A stretch of 64,000 nt of DNA from Eledone cirrhosa (taxonomy: Eukaryota), in contig OZ024741.1 of assembly GCA_964016885.1 (NCBI GenBank), positions 154,504,001-154,568,000 of the forward strand, in the 5' to 3' direction. Under the pieces are notes generated by a model, which was given only the letters and a program-made list of their open reading frames with translations, ran no database searches and was not told the origin of the DNA. Positions 36,496 through 48,065 of this stretch are shown piece by piece. How positions within the stretch are numbered: position 1 is the stretch's first letter; every line of letters begins with the position of its first letter. Position numbers and translations under genes: made by a program.

Positions 36496-39400
36496 GTGCA
36501 AATTTGGACGGGAACAAAATAGAGAGGCAGACAAATAAAGGTTTATTAGGTTCACGCTCTTGAGAGTGAGGGGTGTGGACGTTCCGGGCATAAGCCCTTC
36601 TTCAGGAAGAAATAGGTTAGGAAGAGAGTTCCAAGGGTGTGTGGGGGAGGGGTGGAAATACATTTAGAAAAAGGGGGGAAGGAGAACAAATAAAAATAAA
36701 AATAAACGTAAAAATAAACATAAGAATAAACAATAAAATGAACAAGTGGTGGAAGGATGTGAGGCGTGTAAGGGTGGTGGCAGGTGGAGTTGGGAGAGGG
36801 AGGCTGGGGGTCGAAGCGGGGAAGGCTGAAGGTGGTGTTTGTGTAGGTGTACGTGTGTGTGTGTCTGCGTGTGTATGTGAATGTGAGAGTTGGAGGAAGA
36901 ACGAGGTTCCATGTTCAGGAAAAGGTGTGTGCGTGCGGTGGGGTGTAAGTTGATGCGTGCGTGCGTGTGGAAGGAGAGGGGTCAGGAGGGGGCGTGTGGA
37001 TTCCGGAGGTTGAGTGTGTATATGTGGGGGTACGCACATGTGTCTTTGTGTTGATACGTGGTGTGGATGTAGGTGGCGTGGTGCGAAAAAAAATGTGAGT
37101 GTATGTTTGTGGGTAACTTCCTGAGGTAGTTCCGTGGAGTGTGCGAAGAGGTGTTGGATATTTTTCATGTTATGGAGTGGATGGCTGGAACGATGACCGG
37201 TGGTGTAGAATCCAATGTAGGTGGTGGTCGGAAGTGGAGGGAAGTGGGGTGCACGCGCAACAGGAAGTGGTCAGAGGGTCAGGCAGGGTGAAGAGATAGC
37301 AGTAGAGGAGGGTGACAGGTGGAGTAAGGTCAGTGTGGTGAGGACTGTGTGTGTGTGTCTGTGTGTGCGGAGGTGCGGTGGACAGGGGAGAGGATGGGTA
37401 GGTGTGAAGAGTGGAGAGGGAAGGTGGTGAAGTGGGGCGATGGGGTGTATATTAGTAGAGTTGTTAGTGGGATGTGTGTGTGTGTGAAGGGGTGTAGGTG
37501 GAGCAGGGAGAGAGAGGGAGAGAGAGAGAGAGGGAGAGGGAGAGAAGAAATGTTGGGGACGGAGGAGGGAGTGTAGTGTACTGGTGTGTGTGTGCGTGTT
37601 TGGATGAGTGTGTGTGTGGTAAAGGGGGTTTAGTAGGTGTTAGTATTACATGTGGTGGGGAAAGGTTGGAAAGCGGGTGTGTAAGTAGGGGTTAGTAGTG
37701 GCTGGGTGTGTGTAGTGGGTGGTGTACATAGATGTGGGTGATGGTGTGTGTTTGTGTGCGTGGGGTCGGGGGGAGGTTAGTGATGTTAGTTGTGGGGTGG
37801 TCAGAGTGGATGTGTGGGTGAGGGTTAGTGGTGGTGGTAGTAGGGTGTGTGGATAGTGTGAGTGCGTGTATATATATTCAGGTGGGTGTGTGCGTGTTAG
37901 GGGGAGGTGTGGGGATGTTAGTATTGTTAGTTGGGGGAGGGTCGAGGAGTGGGTGGGGCTGTTAGTATTGTTAATTGTGGGATGGGCCAAGGGGGAGTGT
38001 GTTAGAGGTGTTAGTGGGGAATGTGTGGACGGAAGGGTGGACGGTCGAAGGCTAAAGGAATAGGGGTGGGGAGTTCAGGCTGGGGGTGTGTGGGTCTGGA
38101 GGGTGAAGATGGTGCGTTGTTCGACCGTGAGGCGGGTGGCGGGTGTTCCGTGGCATTGGAGTAGGCCACAGACTGTGAGGTAGTGGGCGTAATGTCCAGG
38201 GGAGTGAAAGTGGCGGGCGATCAGTGAACTCCCGCCGAGGCGAATATTCCGGAGGTGTTCCGTGAAACGGTCCACCAGGCGATGTCCAGTCTGTCTGACA
38301 TAGATTGCGCTGCACTCCGTGCAGCGAAGTCCATAGACTAGGTTGGAGGAGGTGCAGCGGAAGGCATGCCGGACAGAGAGAGAGTGGCTGTTGGGACCAT
38401 GGAAGGTGGTGGTGTTGGTGATGTGGGGGCAGGTGTGGCAACGAGGCCTGGAGCAGGGAAGGGAACTGGGGGGAGAAAGAAGAGCGTGGATTGGGGGTAG
38501 GGAGCTGTAGACGAGGAGGGTGCGGAGATTGCGTGCGCGTTTGAAGGAGGGGAGGAGTGGGGATGGGAAGATGGGGGAAGTTGAGGGGTCGGACTGGAGG
38601 CGTCGGAAGAGGCAGAGGATGGTACGGTGGACAGGTAGTGTGGAGGGGTGGTAGGTGATGGGGAAGGGGAGATGGTGGGTGGGTGTGCGGTGGCGTGGGG
38701 TGAGGACGGTGAAGCGGTGGACAGCACGGGCGCGAGTGAGGGCGGTGTGGACGAGAGGGGGGGGGGGTAACCCCATCGGATGAAATGGCTGACTAGGGAA
38801 AGGGCTTGGGACTCAAAGTCAGCATCTTGGCTGCAGAGGCGGCGGATCCGTAGGAGTTGGGAATAGAGTGTGTGTAGGGTGGGAGGAGGTGAAGTTGAGG
38901 TAGGAGTGGGAGGAGGTGGGTTGAAGAAAGCGGAGGTGGTGGGAGGGGTCGATGGCGATGGAGATGTCTAAAAAGTGGACGTGGGTGGCGGAGATAGAGG
39001 TGGTGAAGTGGAGGGAGGGGTGGAAGGAGCAGAAGAAGGAGAGAAAGTTGAGCTGTTCTCGGGTGAGGGTCGTGGCTCCGATGCAGTCGTCGATGTAACG
39101 ACCGTACAGTTCGGGCATGGGGCCGGTGTACTGGGCAAAGATTTGGGCCTCACCATGGCCAACGAAAAGGTTGACATAGTTTGCGCCCATTCTTGTGCCC
39201 ATGGCTACCCCCGTGACCTGTTGGTAAAACTCACCCGAGAAGGAGAAGCAGTTGAGGGTGAGGACGAGCTAGGCGAGGCGAAGGAGGGTGGGGGTGGGGC
39301 GAAGGTCGAGGTAGTGCCGAAGAGCATGTAGGCCGTCGGCGTGGAGGATGACAGTATAGAGGGACTGGATATCTAGGGTGAAGAGGAGGGGATGTGGGCT

Positions 39401-40187
39401 GGGTGGGAAAGTGAAGGAGTCGAACAGGCGAAGGGCGTGGTTGGTGTCGGAGATGTGAGAGCGAAGGGTGGTGACGAGGGGGACGAGGATGGAGTCAAGA
39501 AAGGCGGAGCTGAGTTCGGTGGGGCAGTTGCAAGCAGAGATGATGGGGCGCCGGGGTTGTCGGGTTTGTGAAGTTTGGGGAGGAAGTAGATAGTAGGGGT
39601 GCGGGGGTGCAGACGATGAGGTGGGAAGCGGTGGGAAGGAGGAGGGAGGAGGAGACAAGGTGTTGGATGGTGGAGGAAACTTGTTGTTGGTAGACGGGTG
39701 TGGGGTCAGAGGGTAGAGGGCGGTAGAAGAGGGGGTCACGGAGGGCTTCAGCCGTGTAGAGGTCGGCGCGCCACACCACCACAGCGCCTCCCCTGTCCGC
39801 CGGTTTGATGACGATGTCATCTCGGCTACGGAGGGAGCGGAGAGCGAGGAGTTCGGCCCCGTGAGATGTTATTCCATTTGGAATAGTGGCGGAAGCGATT
39901 TACTGCGCTACGGCAGGCATCAACGAACGTGTCCAGGGTGCTAAATTGCCCTGGTACCGGCGTCCAAGACGATGGTCGTCGGCCCAGAGACAGAAATGGG
40001 TTTGGGGAGTTCGGAGCCAGTGGTGTTAGATGGAAATGTGCCTGTAGTTTCGTGCGTCGCACGAATCGTTCGACTTCCATTCGGGTGCGGAACTTGTCGC
40101 TATGCGGAGTGTGCGGTATGAAGCGAAGGCCTCTACTGAGGAGTTACCGCTCAGGGACGGAGAGGGGGAGCTCAGGGGGTATGGTGA
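36496..40187 (-). mobile_element. Penelope-like element family B, near full length, frameshifted
   Basis: IKPADRGGAVVVW, RPIISACNCPTE, FTLDIQSLYT, MGTRM, RYIDD, CSRPRCHTC, GIY-YIG-like domain; inverted relative to 26213-28722; minimal HHR core at 36578-36605. Confidence 0.93.
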
Positions 40188-40292
40188 TATATATATATAT
40201 ATAATGGGTGATTGAATACACACGTGTGTTTCCTTCCCCCTTTTTTTCTTGTTCCTTCTTCTCACTTTTTATCTTTCTATTTTTAACTCTAC

Positions 40293-40326
40293 CTTCGGAT
40301 GAAGGACTAGTGTCCGAAACGTTAAG
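40293..40326 (+). ncRNA. Minimal hammerhead motif; inverted twin at 40504-40537
   Basis: CTT-CGGATGA-a-GGAC-tagt-GTCC-GAAA-CG-TT-AAG; the twin has CTGATGA. Confidence 0.7.
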
Positions 40327-40469
40327 ACTCTTTTTGCTTTGTTATTTCTGTTTACTTTTTACATACATGCATATATATATGTATGGTTGTATGTATTATC
40401 ATCATCATCATTAACAGCAGCATTTAATTTCATTTTTCCAGCAAATGACAGTACATTGGAGAAATATAT

Positions 40470-41345
40470 ATTAGTTTAAAGCTTGAAATAGCAGGAAAAG
40501 AATCATAACGTTTTAAACACTAGTCCTTCATCAGAAGATAGAGTTAGAAATAAAAGATAAAATAGAAAGATATAGTGGTGCAAGCATAAACACTTAAGCT
40601 ACAAAGTATAAAGTCAGTACATGCATATGGCCATAGAGCCAGGAAGTGGCAGGAGTGGAGTAAATGTTAGGAAATATTCAACACTGATGGTGCCATGGCC
40701 ATTGCACTGAGTGTCATAGAAACACAGGCATGTGCACAAGAGATGCAATCACACATGGACTCTCAAATGGGATCCCTGGAATGTGTGTGTCAGTGGTGTG
40801 TGCGGTCATGTACACATACGCATGTATGTATCAGAAAGTGTAGGATTTTGATGGTTCTGTGTGTGCAGAGGTTGATGTGTGTTGGCTGGTATATACAGAT
40901 GTTGTAAATGTGGGTGTGTATTGGGTGGTCGCTGGAGTTGTGTGTGTGTATGTGAGTGAGAGCAAAGATAAAGGGAGGTTATAGGAACTGTGGGGGGGAT
41001 GGGGAATTGTGTCTATTCAGAAAATGAAGTTCTGCTCAGTCCTGGTGTGAGTGACTGTGGATCTGTGGTGAAAATGAGGCCTGAGACAGTGAGATGTCAA
41101 GTAGAGTGGCTGGAGGAACAGAAGTGATGAGGGACAGAAGTGTCTTTACCTAATCGTATGTCCCCCAGGTGTCCAGCAAATCAATCCACCAGATGGTGGC
41201 CCATTTGTCCAATATAAATGGTCTTGCAAAGGGAACATCGGAGGACATAGATGATATTGGTGGAGGTGAAAGTGAAGGAATGGCGAATGCAAAAAGAATG
41301 GTTTGTACCTATGAGGATGGTGAGGTTTGTTATGTAGGGACAGGT
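40470..41345 (-). mobile_element. Degraded Penelope-like endonuclease fragment and 3' UTR
   Basis: Minus reads YIGQMGHHLVD*FAGHLGDIRLG near 41145-41215; UTR ends in the HHR at 40504-40537. Confidence 0.6.
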
Positions 41346-41382
41346 GTTACAGCGGAGGTTAGGTATATATATATATATATAT

Positions 41383-41495
41383 ATGGGTTGGACTAGTATG
41401 GGTATATATATATGGGTTGGACTAGTATGGGTATATATATATGGGTTGGACTAGTATGGGTATATATATATGGGTTGGACTAGTATGGGTATATG
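41383..41495. repeat. ~29-bp tandem repeat x4
   Basis: atatatatgggttggactagtatgggtat units, followed by an inverted copy at ~41508-41525. Confidence 0.85.
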
Positions 41496-41566
41496 TACAT
41501 ATATCTATCCATATACTAGTCCAATTCATGCTCGCATGTAGATCAAATGTGAAATGAGGATAATGA

Positions 41567-41608
<42 letters not shown>

Positions 41609-42242
41609 GGCTTCTACAGCTTTCACCTCCTAAATTTCAATTACAAGGCATTACTTAATCCAGGCTATAGTAGAAGACACATACCAAAGGTGCCACATAG
41701 TAGGACTGCATGTGGCAAATCTCCTTAACACTGCCATGCCTGCACCTATTATCTGTTATATCGAGCACAAAGGTTGTTCTTAACTAAATTAAATGTTGAA
41801 AACAAACCTGTGCAGTATTTGTTGGTTCTCTTCATTCTGAGTTCAAATGCCACTGAAATCAACTTTGCCATTTATATCTTTGAACATATATAAAATATAC
41901 AATACTGAGTCTAGAGTGGATGAATTGGTATAACACTGAATGAGATGCCTTGTTGTATTTGTTCTGGTTGTTTACATAGAGTTCTTGGGTGGAAGGCTTA
42001 ATCTTTCTAGCAGAGTTCACTAATTTCTACTTTAACATTTTAATTTTCATCACTTTCCTTACCACATTTTTATTGAAATAAACTGCCTAACCATTTTGGT
42101 ACCATATTTCTAATGAAAGATACTATGTACAGTTTTCAAATCATTTTGAAAATAATCAACAATTTTGAGAGGCTTAGTAATATAACCAACGTTTTCATTA
42201 TTAAGTTGGAATATAACTTAATAAAGGTTCTTACATAAAATT

Positions 42243-42429
42243 ATAATTGTTTCTACTTCTGGCACAAGGCCAGCAATTATCCCAGTGTATTACTGGTACT
42301 TTATTTTATCGACTCCGTAAGGATGAAAGGCAAAGTTAACCTCGGCAGGATTTGAACTCAGACCATAAAGGGCCGTAACTCTTTGCTGCAGAGCATGGCG
42401 TCCGACCCTCTACCGATACTGCCAATCCA
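42243..42429 (-). mobile_element. SINE family A, full length
   Basis: Reverse complement of 35894-36079. Confidence 0.9.
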
Positions 42430-42501
42430 AAAATTATAATGAACAGCTTTTAGCTAAATATCAACATCTTAGTCTTTTTGTAACTATTTTTATCATCATA
42501 A

Positions 42502-43403
42502 TCTATAAAGCTTAATCTATAAAGCTCAGTGTGCGGTCATGCTCCTTCGTTATAGAAATCTACGATATAGAATTTCTTCAATTGAAATTTACAATTCAGT
42601 AGTCGAAATAGCTTCGATTGCGTCTTGACGCAGATAATTTTTTCAATTTCACCCACAATTACGCAAAAAATAGATAAAACTCAATATTTTACGATTTTTC
42701 TCTCTCATTTAAACTGCTGAACTCTTTCTACTACCATTCAAAATCTATACAACTTCATACTTTCTGCTACTTTCTCTTTCCAAGCTTGATGGTGATACTG
42801 TCCGTTCACATCGCTCCCTACTGTCTTAAATTTAGAAAACACATATCCTCTATGAGGTTACTAAACCTGCTAGAAACAGCAGCTAACTCTCCCCCTATCA
42901 CCCCCCCCTACTGTCTTAAATTTAGAAAACATATCTTCTATGAGGTCACTAAATCTGCTAGAAACAGCAGCTAACTCTCCCCCATATCACACCACTCCCT
43001 ACTGTCTTAAATTTAGAAAACACATATCCTCTATGAGGTCACTAAACCTGCTAGAAACAACAGCTAACTCTCCCTCATATCACAACCCTCCCTACTGTCT
43101 TAAATTTAGAAAACACACAGACAACCATGCAGAACAACTCCATCGCAGCTCTGTTGTTCGGCTGGCATCGTCTACGCGCGTGTTGCGCAAGTACTGTGAA
43201 ACAATAAATTTCAACACTTTTTTGCACAGAGATAATATCCATAGGCGAAACTACAATTGTCACTGCTGGCGCAGCTCATGCTTCCAGGTCTGCAATTCAT
43301 TCACCCAGTGCCCGGCAGACAAAAAAGTGCTGCCATAAAATGGGTGGTGCAACCTAACTTTGGTAACTTAATGACCCCGAGCAACGCCGGGCTTTAATGC
43401 TAG
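42502..43403 (+). mobile_element. Non-autonomous Helitron with internal ~91-bp tandem repeats
   Basis: 5' A|TCTATAAAG; 3' hairpin cccgagcaacgccggg (43376-43391), then CTAG|T; ~3.3 units at 42814-43116. Confidence 0.8.
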
Positions 43404-43720
43404 TAATGTATAACAGGGAGAATGAGGTACACATTTTAGAGCTAGCCTAGAACACTAAATACTCAAAAGCCACCCTTGAATATATATATATATATATATT
43501 TCGTTTCTGAATTTGTTTAGCAAGATTCTTTATCTGAAATCGTGTGTTGAAACCGATATTGTTATACTTTGGGAGGGTCATGTTGCCAATAAGAAACACA
43601 CGCACCAGTTGTTTCATTTCAATTTATTATATATTTATAAATTTATAAATTTACAAATCTACAAACTTATAAATTTCTGGTTGGTTGGTTGGTTCCACAA
43701 CCAGATAGTTGTTTATATAT

Positions 43721-43765
43721 AGTCATAGTCCTTTCGTCACACACTCTGTGACCTCTTCAGTGACT
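43721..43765 (-). ncRNA. Minimal type I hammerhead ribozyme in PLE terminal repeat (copy 1)
   Basis: Minus: AGTCA-CTGAAGA-g-GTCAC-agagtgt-GTGAC-GAAA-GGAC-TA-TGACT. Confidence 0.88.
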
Positions 43766-43997
43766 GGGGATTCCTTTCTTTGTTTCTGTGCCTTTCCTTT
43801 CTTCTATCCTACGCCATTTTGTTTCTGTGTGTGTGTTGTGTGCTCAGTTTGCGCATGCGCCACATCCGGGTGTCTGTGTGTGTTTGTGTTCATTTATCTA
43901 TTTGTTTATTTATTTATTTATTTATTGTTGGTTGGTTGTTTGTTCTATGTGTGTGTGTGTGTTTTCATTTTGTCCTGTGTGTGTTTTCATTTTGTCC

Positions 43998-46900
43998 TTA
44001 ATTGTAAGTTGTGATGTTGCTGTTCCACTCATATTTTCTATTTAATTTTGGTTGTAATTCTTTTATGCTTACTGCCTCTGTAATTTGCCTAAACATTGCA
44101 TCTTTTCTGTGTGTGGATTCTATTTTTATTTCTATGTTCTCTAATCTACCCATGTGTTCTATCTTAGCATGTTGGTAGAGCACAGATGATTCTTTATTAT
44201 CTTGAAGGTCTCGCCAGTGTTCATTTATTCGTTCCCCTATACTACGAGCTGTCTCACCTATGTACACTATATTTTTGTTTCTACATTGTCCTTCAGTACA
44301 TCTTATGCTATACACTACATTTCTAGTTTTACAGTTAATATGGGGGCTTATTTTACAGGTTATACATTTCTTATCTATACATGAGGGTCTTTGGAACGGG
44401 TATGTCTTGCTAATAAGTGTTTTTACGGAGGTACCTGGTCTTTCTACTATCTTAATATTGAGTTTATGTTTATTTAGGGCCCTTCTAAATTTGTAGGCTA
44501 GTTCGCCTCTAGGGGTTGTATTGATGAACATTACACTCTGGTATTTATTGCTATCATACCATGAGTTTATTCTATTGGCCTTGTTCCTAGTTCTTTCTAT
44601 TCTATTCCAAAATTTGCTCCTATACAAGGGGCAGGTCCCATTTATGTCATTATTTACCATTTTTTCCCATTTGGTTCTGGCTCCTTTATACACTCTGATT
44701 CTATCTCTCTGATTGTAGCCAGAGAACTGCATACGGTGGATGAAGTGTTGTATGTGTCTCTCTAGTTCTTCGGGGTTGCACATGCGGGACACATTTCTCA
44801 TCACCCGTACCAAATCCGCAATCAGTATGTTGATTTTGGTATGGTCCGAAATGGCCGAGTTTCGGTGGATCAGATGTTTGGAAGTCATGGGTTTGGCATA
44901 ATGGGAATGGAGGATTTGTTTTTGGTTGTTAATGGTATCTAACCAGAGCTCTGTGTCTAGTACAGGTAATCGATGGTTGGGGTGTCTACTTGGGTAGTCT
45001 ATAGTAACTCTAATACTCTGGTGGATGGAGTTTGCTATTTGCTGGATGCTTTCCATTGTGTTTTTCTCTAGTTCCTGACTGTTCTTTAGTGGGGGTGTCT
45101 TAACTACGATGTTTATATCATCTACGTAGTGGGAGTACATTACCAGGGTTAAGCTGTCTTCTAATTGTTCTTTAAGTTTTTGTTTAAGTCTACTGTCCCA
45201 CCATACCATGAATAAGTTAGCTATGTCGCCTGCAATGCTAACACCAATGGCTGCTCCTTCCTCTTGGGCATATGTTTTACCATTAAATTTGAACATATGT
45301 TCCTTAAGGGTTAATTTTATGCTGGCCCCCACCGCATGTGCAATCATTTTCTTTAGTTCATCGTGGTTTTCGGGTGTCCGTATGGCTCTGGTCCACCCGT
45401 TCCATCTATCTGTGTGGGTTTTCTTGGCCATTGAGGTAATGGTAGGTGGTCTGCCTCTTGCTGGTCTTGTAGGGCACAGGTTGCTAAGGTCATAAGTGTC
45501 TAGGTAACTATTACTATGGGTAAGCTTAAGTAGAAGTCCCAGCTCACTGGTATCAATCCCACGGAATTCAACATTGCTCTCGCTGATCATTTCTACGCAT
45601 TTCTCCACAGCAAAATCCACGTCAATAGATGGATACAGGGACACAACATCCATACTGCCTATTATGCAGTTTGTTAGGTCCCCAGATCGGTTACCCGCGC
45701 CGATTCTGCTGAGGAGGTCCTCCGTGCTGTCACATACATCTGGGGACATCTCAATGATGGGGCGTATGATCAGGGAGAGGAAGTAGGACAGTCTGTAGTT
45801 ACTAGCAATGTTAGGTCCACAGACTGGCCGTGTTGGTGGTCCCGCGACAGGGTCCCAGCCCGTTTTATGGTCTTTTCGAAGCCCATACAACGCCGGCACG
45901 TCATTGTTCCAGGCCTGGAAGTTGTTGGCAGTCCTTTTGTTGGGCTGCATTATATTCGTCCACATCACCATATGGGCATTGAGGGCTTTTTCTCTATCCT
46001 CATGCTCCTGTGGTGTTACCTCTCTTGTGTTAGTGATGTGGGGTTGCATTGCCTGGATGTAGTTTGGCAGGCTGTCAACCGACATTCTGCCAGACTTGTC
46101 TGTTGGAAAGCATGCTATCTCTCCATTACGCGAGCGCTGCATGAGCTTACGCAAGCCATTTGCAGATTTTTCTCCCAGTTGCTGGGCCTCTATTCTATTA
46201 TGCTTCTTGCTATACTGTTCTATAATATTTCTAAGTTCGGATTTAGCTATACTAAATTGTGCTTCTGTTTGTTCATCGACCTGCGACGGCAACTGCGTGC
46301 GTTTGTTAAATGGTAAAGTCGTGGCGTGGACTCGTCGCAGGTCGAATGATTTATCGGAGGGATTATAAAACGGAGAGTTCCAGGCTGCTGCTTTATGTGT
46401 ACTAGTGCTATTGTTATTGTTAGTTGTGTTGTTTCTATTTCTATTTCCACCAACAGCCTCATGGTTGTTTCTATATCTCTCATAATTACTCCTGTCTCTT
46501 TCCACTTGCTCAATGTTGTTATCTACCCTATTTTGTGTGTCTGTGTGTTCGTCTTGGTTATTCTCTTTATCCTTAGTCTCCCATCTCCTTTTCCTTTTAA
46601 TCCCATTACTTTCCCTTATTTCTGTGCTACTGTCATTACTTGTTTTCTGTGTCTGTGTGTTTGTTAAGATTGTGGTGGTGGTGAGAGGCATTGAATGCGT
46701 GTGTGTTGTTGTTGTTGATGTGTGCTGTTGTTGATGTGTGTTGTTGTTGTCTCCGTGTGTGTTATCGTTGTTGTGTGTGTTGTTATTGTTGTATCTGGGT
46801 ATGTTGCTATTGTTGTTGTTGATGTGTGTGTTGTTGTTATTGTTGTTTGTGTCTGTGTGTCTGTTGTTGTTGGGATGTGTGTTGTATATGTGTGTGCGTA

Positions 46901-47672
46901 TATTGTTGCTTTTGTTTTTGATGCTCCAGCGTAGTTTTGTAAATGATTTTTCTATTTCTGACAGACAACTAATCATATTTACCTTCTTGAATGTCGCAAA
47001 TTTGGGCGGCAGACATAACACAGACATTTCATTATTATCTATTTCTGTGTTCCCATAAATGTTGGTATTTTTGTTGTTGAACTCTTCTGATAATGAGGTG
47101 TCGGCCATGTTGATACCGTCAATTTTGTCGGGATATCTATTGGTATACTCTATAGTATCCTGATTTAGCTTTGCCTGTTTAAGCCACTTTAGTTTCCTGT
47201 TAAAGTGCTTATCACATTCTTGAGTAATGTACTGTTCTTCGGGGTGTATAAGGCTTATAAATATTAGTTTTTCTGTTGGTGTGGTGATTTTAGCTATTTC
47301 TTGTATTAGGTTACGCTTTTGTTTTTCTTGATGACTTAATTCTCTATAGATCTTTTTTATGTTTAGAATTAAAGTTCGTTTTAGCCTATCTGCTTGTTTT
47401 TTGGTGAGTTGTAATCTTCTAACGTCGGTATTGATGGTGTTGGTGTAGATTCTAGAAGTGGTGCACAGCTTTATGAAGTGTAGTTGTCGAGATGTTACGG
47501 TTTTTCGTAGACAACAGAACATGGTGGTTTTCAGTATCTTGTTAGCCTGGCTAAGGCTTACGATATTTCGTTTCTGAATTTGTTTAGCAAGATTCTTTAT
47601 CTGAAATCGTGTGTTGAAACCGATATTGTTATACTTTGAGAGGGTCATGTTGCCAATAAGAAACACACGCAC
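43998..47672 (-). CDS. Penelope-like RT + GIY-YIG endonuclease polyprotein (1224 codons; first ATG at ~47649)
   Basis: PTDKSG, YGLRKDHK, RPVCG, GSMDVVSLYPSI, GAAIG, YVDD, CIDKKCITC linker, VVY..C..C..YIGET.R....R..EH; uninterrupted. Confidence 0.95.
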   Translation of the reverse strand: MRVFLIGNMTLSKYNNIGFNTRFQIKNLAKQIQKRNIVSLSQANKILKTTMFCCLRKTVTSRQLHFIKLCTTSRIYTNTINTDVRRLQLTKKQADRLKRTLILNIKKIYRELSHQEKQKRNLIQEIAKITTPTEKLIFISLIHPEEQYITQECDKHFNRKLKWLKQAKLNQDTIEYTNRYPDKIDGINMADTSLSEEFNNKNTNIYGNTEIDNNEMSVLCLPPKFATFKKVNMISCLSEIEKSFTKLRWSIKNKSNNIRTHIYNTHPNNNRHTDTNNNNNNTHINNNNSNIPRYNNNNTHNNDNTHGDNNNTHQQQHTSTTTTHTHSMPLTTTTILTNTQTQKTSNDSSTEIRESNGIKRKRRWETKDKENNQDEHTDTQNRVDNNIEQVERDRSNYERYRNNHEAVGGNRNRNNTTNNNNSTSTHKAAAWNSPFYNPSDKSFDLRRVHATTLPFNKRTQLPSQVDEQTEAQFSIAKSELRNIIEQYSKKHNRIEAQQLGEKSANGLRKLMQRSRNGEIACFPTDKSGRMSVDSLPNYIQAMQPHITNTREVTPQEHEDREKALNAHMVMWTNIMQPNKRTANNFQAWNNDVPALYGLRKDHKTGWDPVAGPPTRPVCGPNIASNYRLSYFLSLIIRPIIEMSPDVCDSTEDLLSRIGAGNRSGDLTNCIIGSMDVVSLYPSIDVDFAVEKCVEMISESNVEFRGIDTSELGLLLKLTHSNSYLDTYDLSNLCPTRPARGRPPTITSMAKKTHTDRWNGWTRAIRTPENHDELKKMIAHAVGASIKLTLKEHMFKFNGKTYAQEEGAAIGVSIAGDIANLFMVWWDSRLKQKLKEQLEDSLTLVMYSHYVDDINIVVKTPPLKNSQELEKNTMESIQQIANSIHQSIRVTIDYPSRHPNHRLPVLDTELWLDTINNQKQILHSHYAKPMTSKHLIHRNSAISDHTKINILIADLVRVMRNVSRMCNPEELERHIQHFIHRMQFSGYNQRDRIRVYKGARTKWEKMVNNDINGTCPLYRSKFWNRIERTRNKANRINSWYDSNKYQSVMFINTTPRGELAYKFRRALNKHKLNIKIVERPGTSVKTLISKTYPFQRPSCIDKKCITCKISPHINCKTRNVVYSIRCTEGQCRNKNIVYIGETARSIGERINEHWRDLQDNKESSVLYQHAKIEHMGRLENIEIKIESTHRKDAMFRQITEAVSIKELQPKLNRKYEWNSNITTYN

Positions 47673-47788
47673 CAGTTGCTTTCACTTCAATTTATTATAT
47701 ATTTATAAATTTATAAATTTACAAATCTACAAACTTATAAATTTCTGGTTGGTTGGTTGGTTCCACAACCAGATAGTTGTTTATATAT

Positions 47789-47833
47789 AGTCATAGTCCT
47801 TTCGTCACACACTCTGTGACCTCTTCAGTGACT
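47789..47833 (-). ncRNA. Minimal type I hammerhead ribozyme (copy 2)
   Basis: Identical to 43721-43765, offset 4068. Confidence 0.88.
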
Positions 47834-48065
47834 GGGGATTCCTTTCTTTGTTTCTGTGCCTTTCCTTTCTTCTATCCTACGCCATTTTGTTTCTGTGTGT
47901 GTGTTGTGTGCTCAGTTTGCGCATGCGCCACATCCGGGTGTCTGTGTGTGTTTGTGTTCATTTATCTATTTGTTTATTTATTTATTTATTTATTGTTGGT
48001 TGGTTGTTTGTTCTATGTGTGTGTGTGTGTTTTCATTTTGTCCTGTGTGTGTTTTCATTTTGTCC

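Noticed and set aside
26213-40187. Composite transposon formed by inverted PLE copies around Tx1/R4 cargo
   Set aside because: PLEs are retroelements, the outer ends differ and there is no shared target duplication
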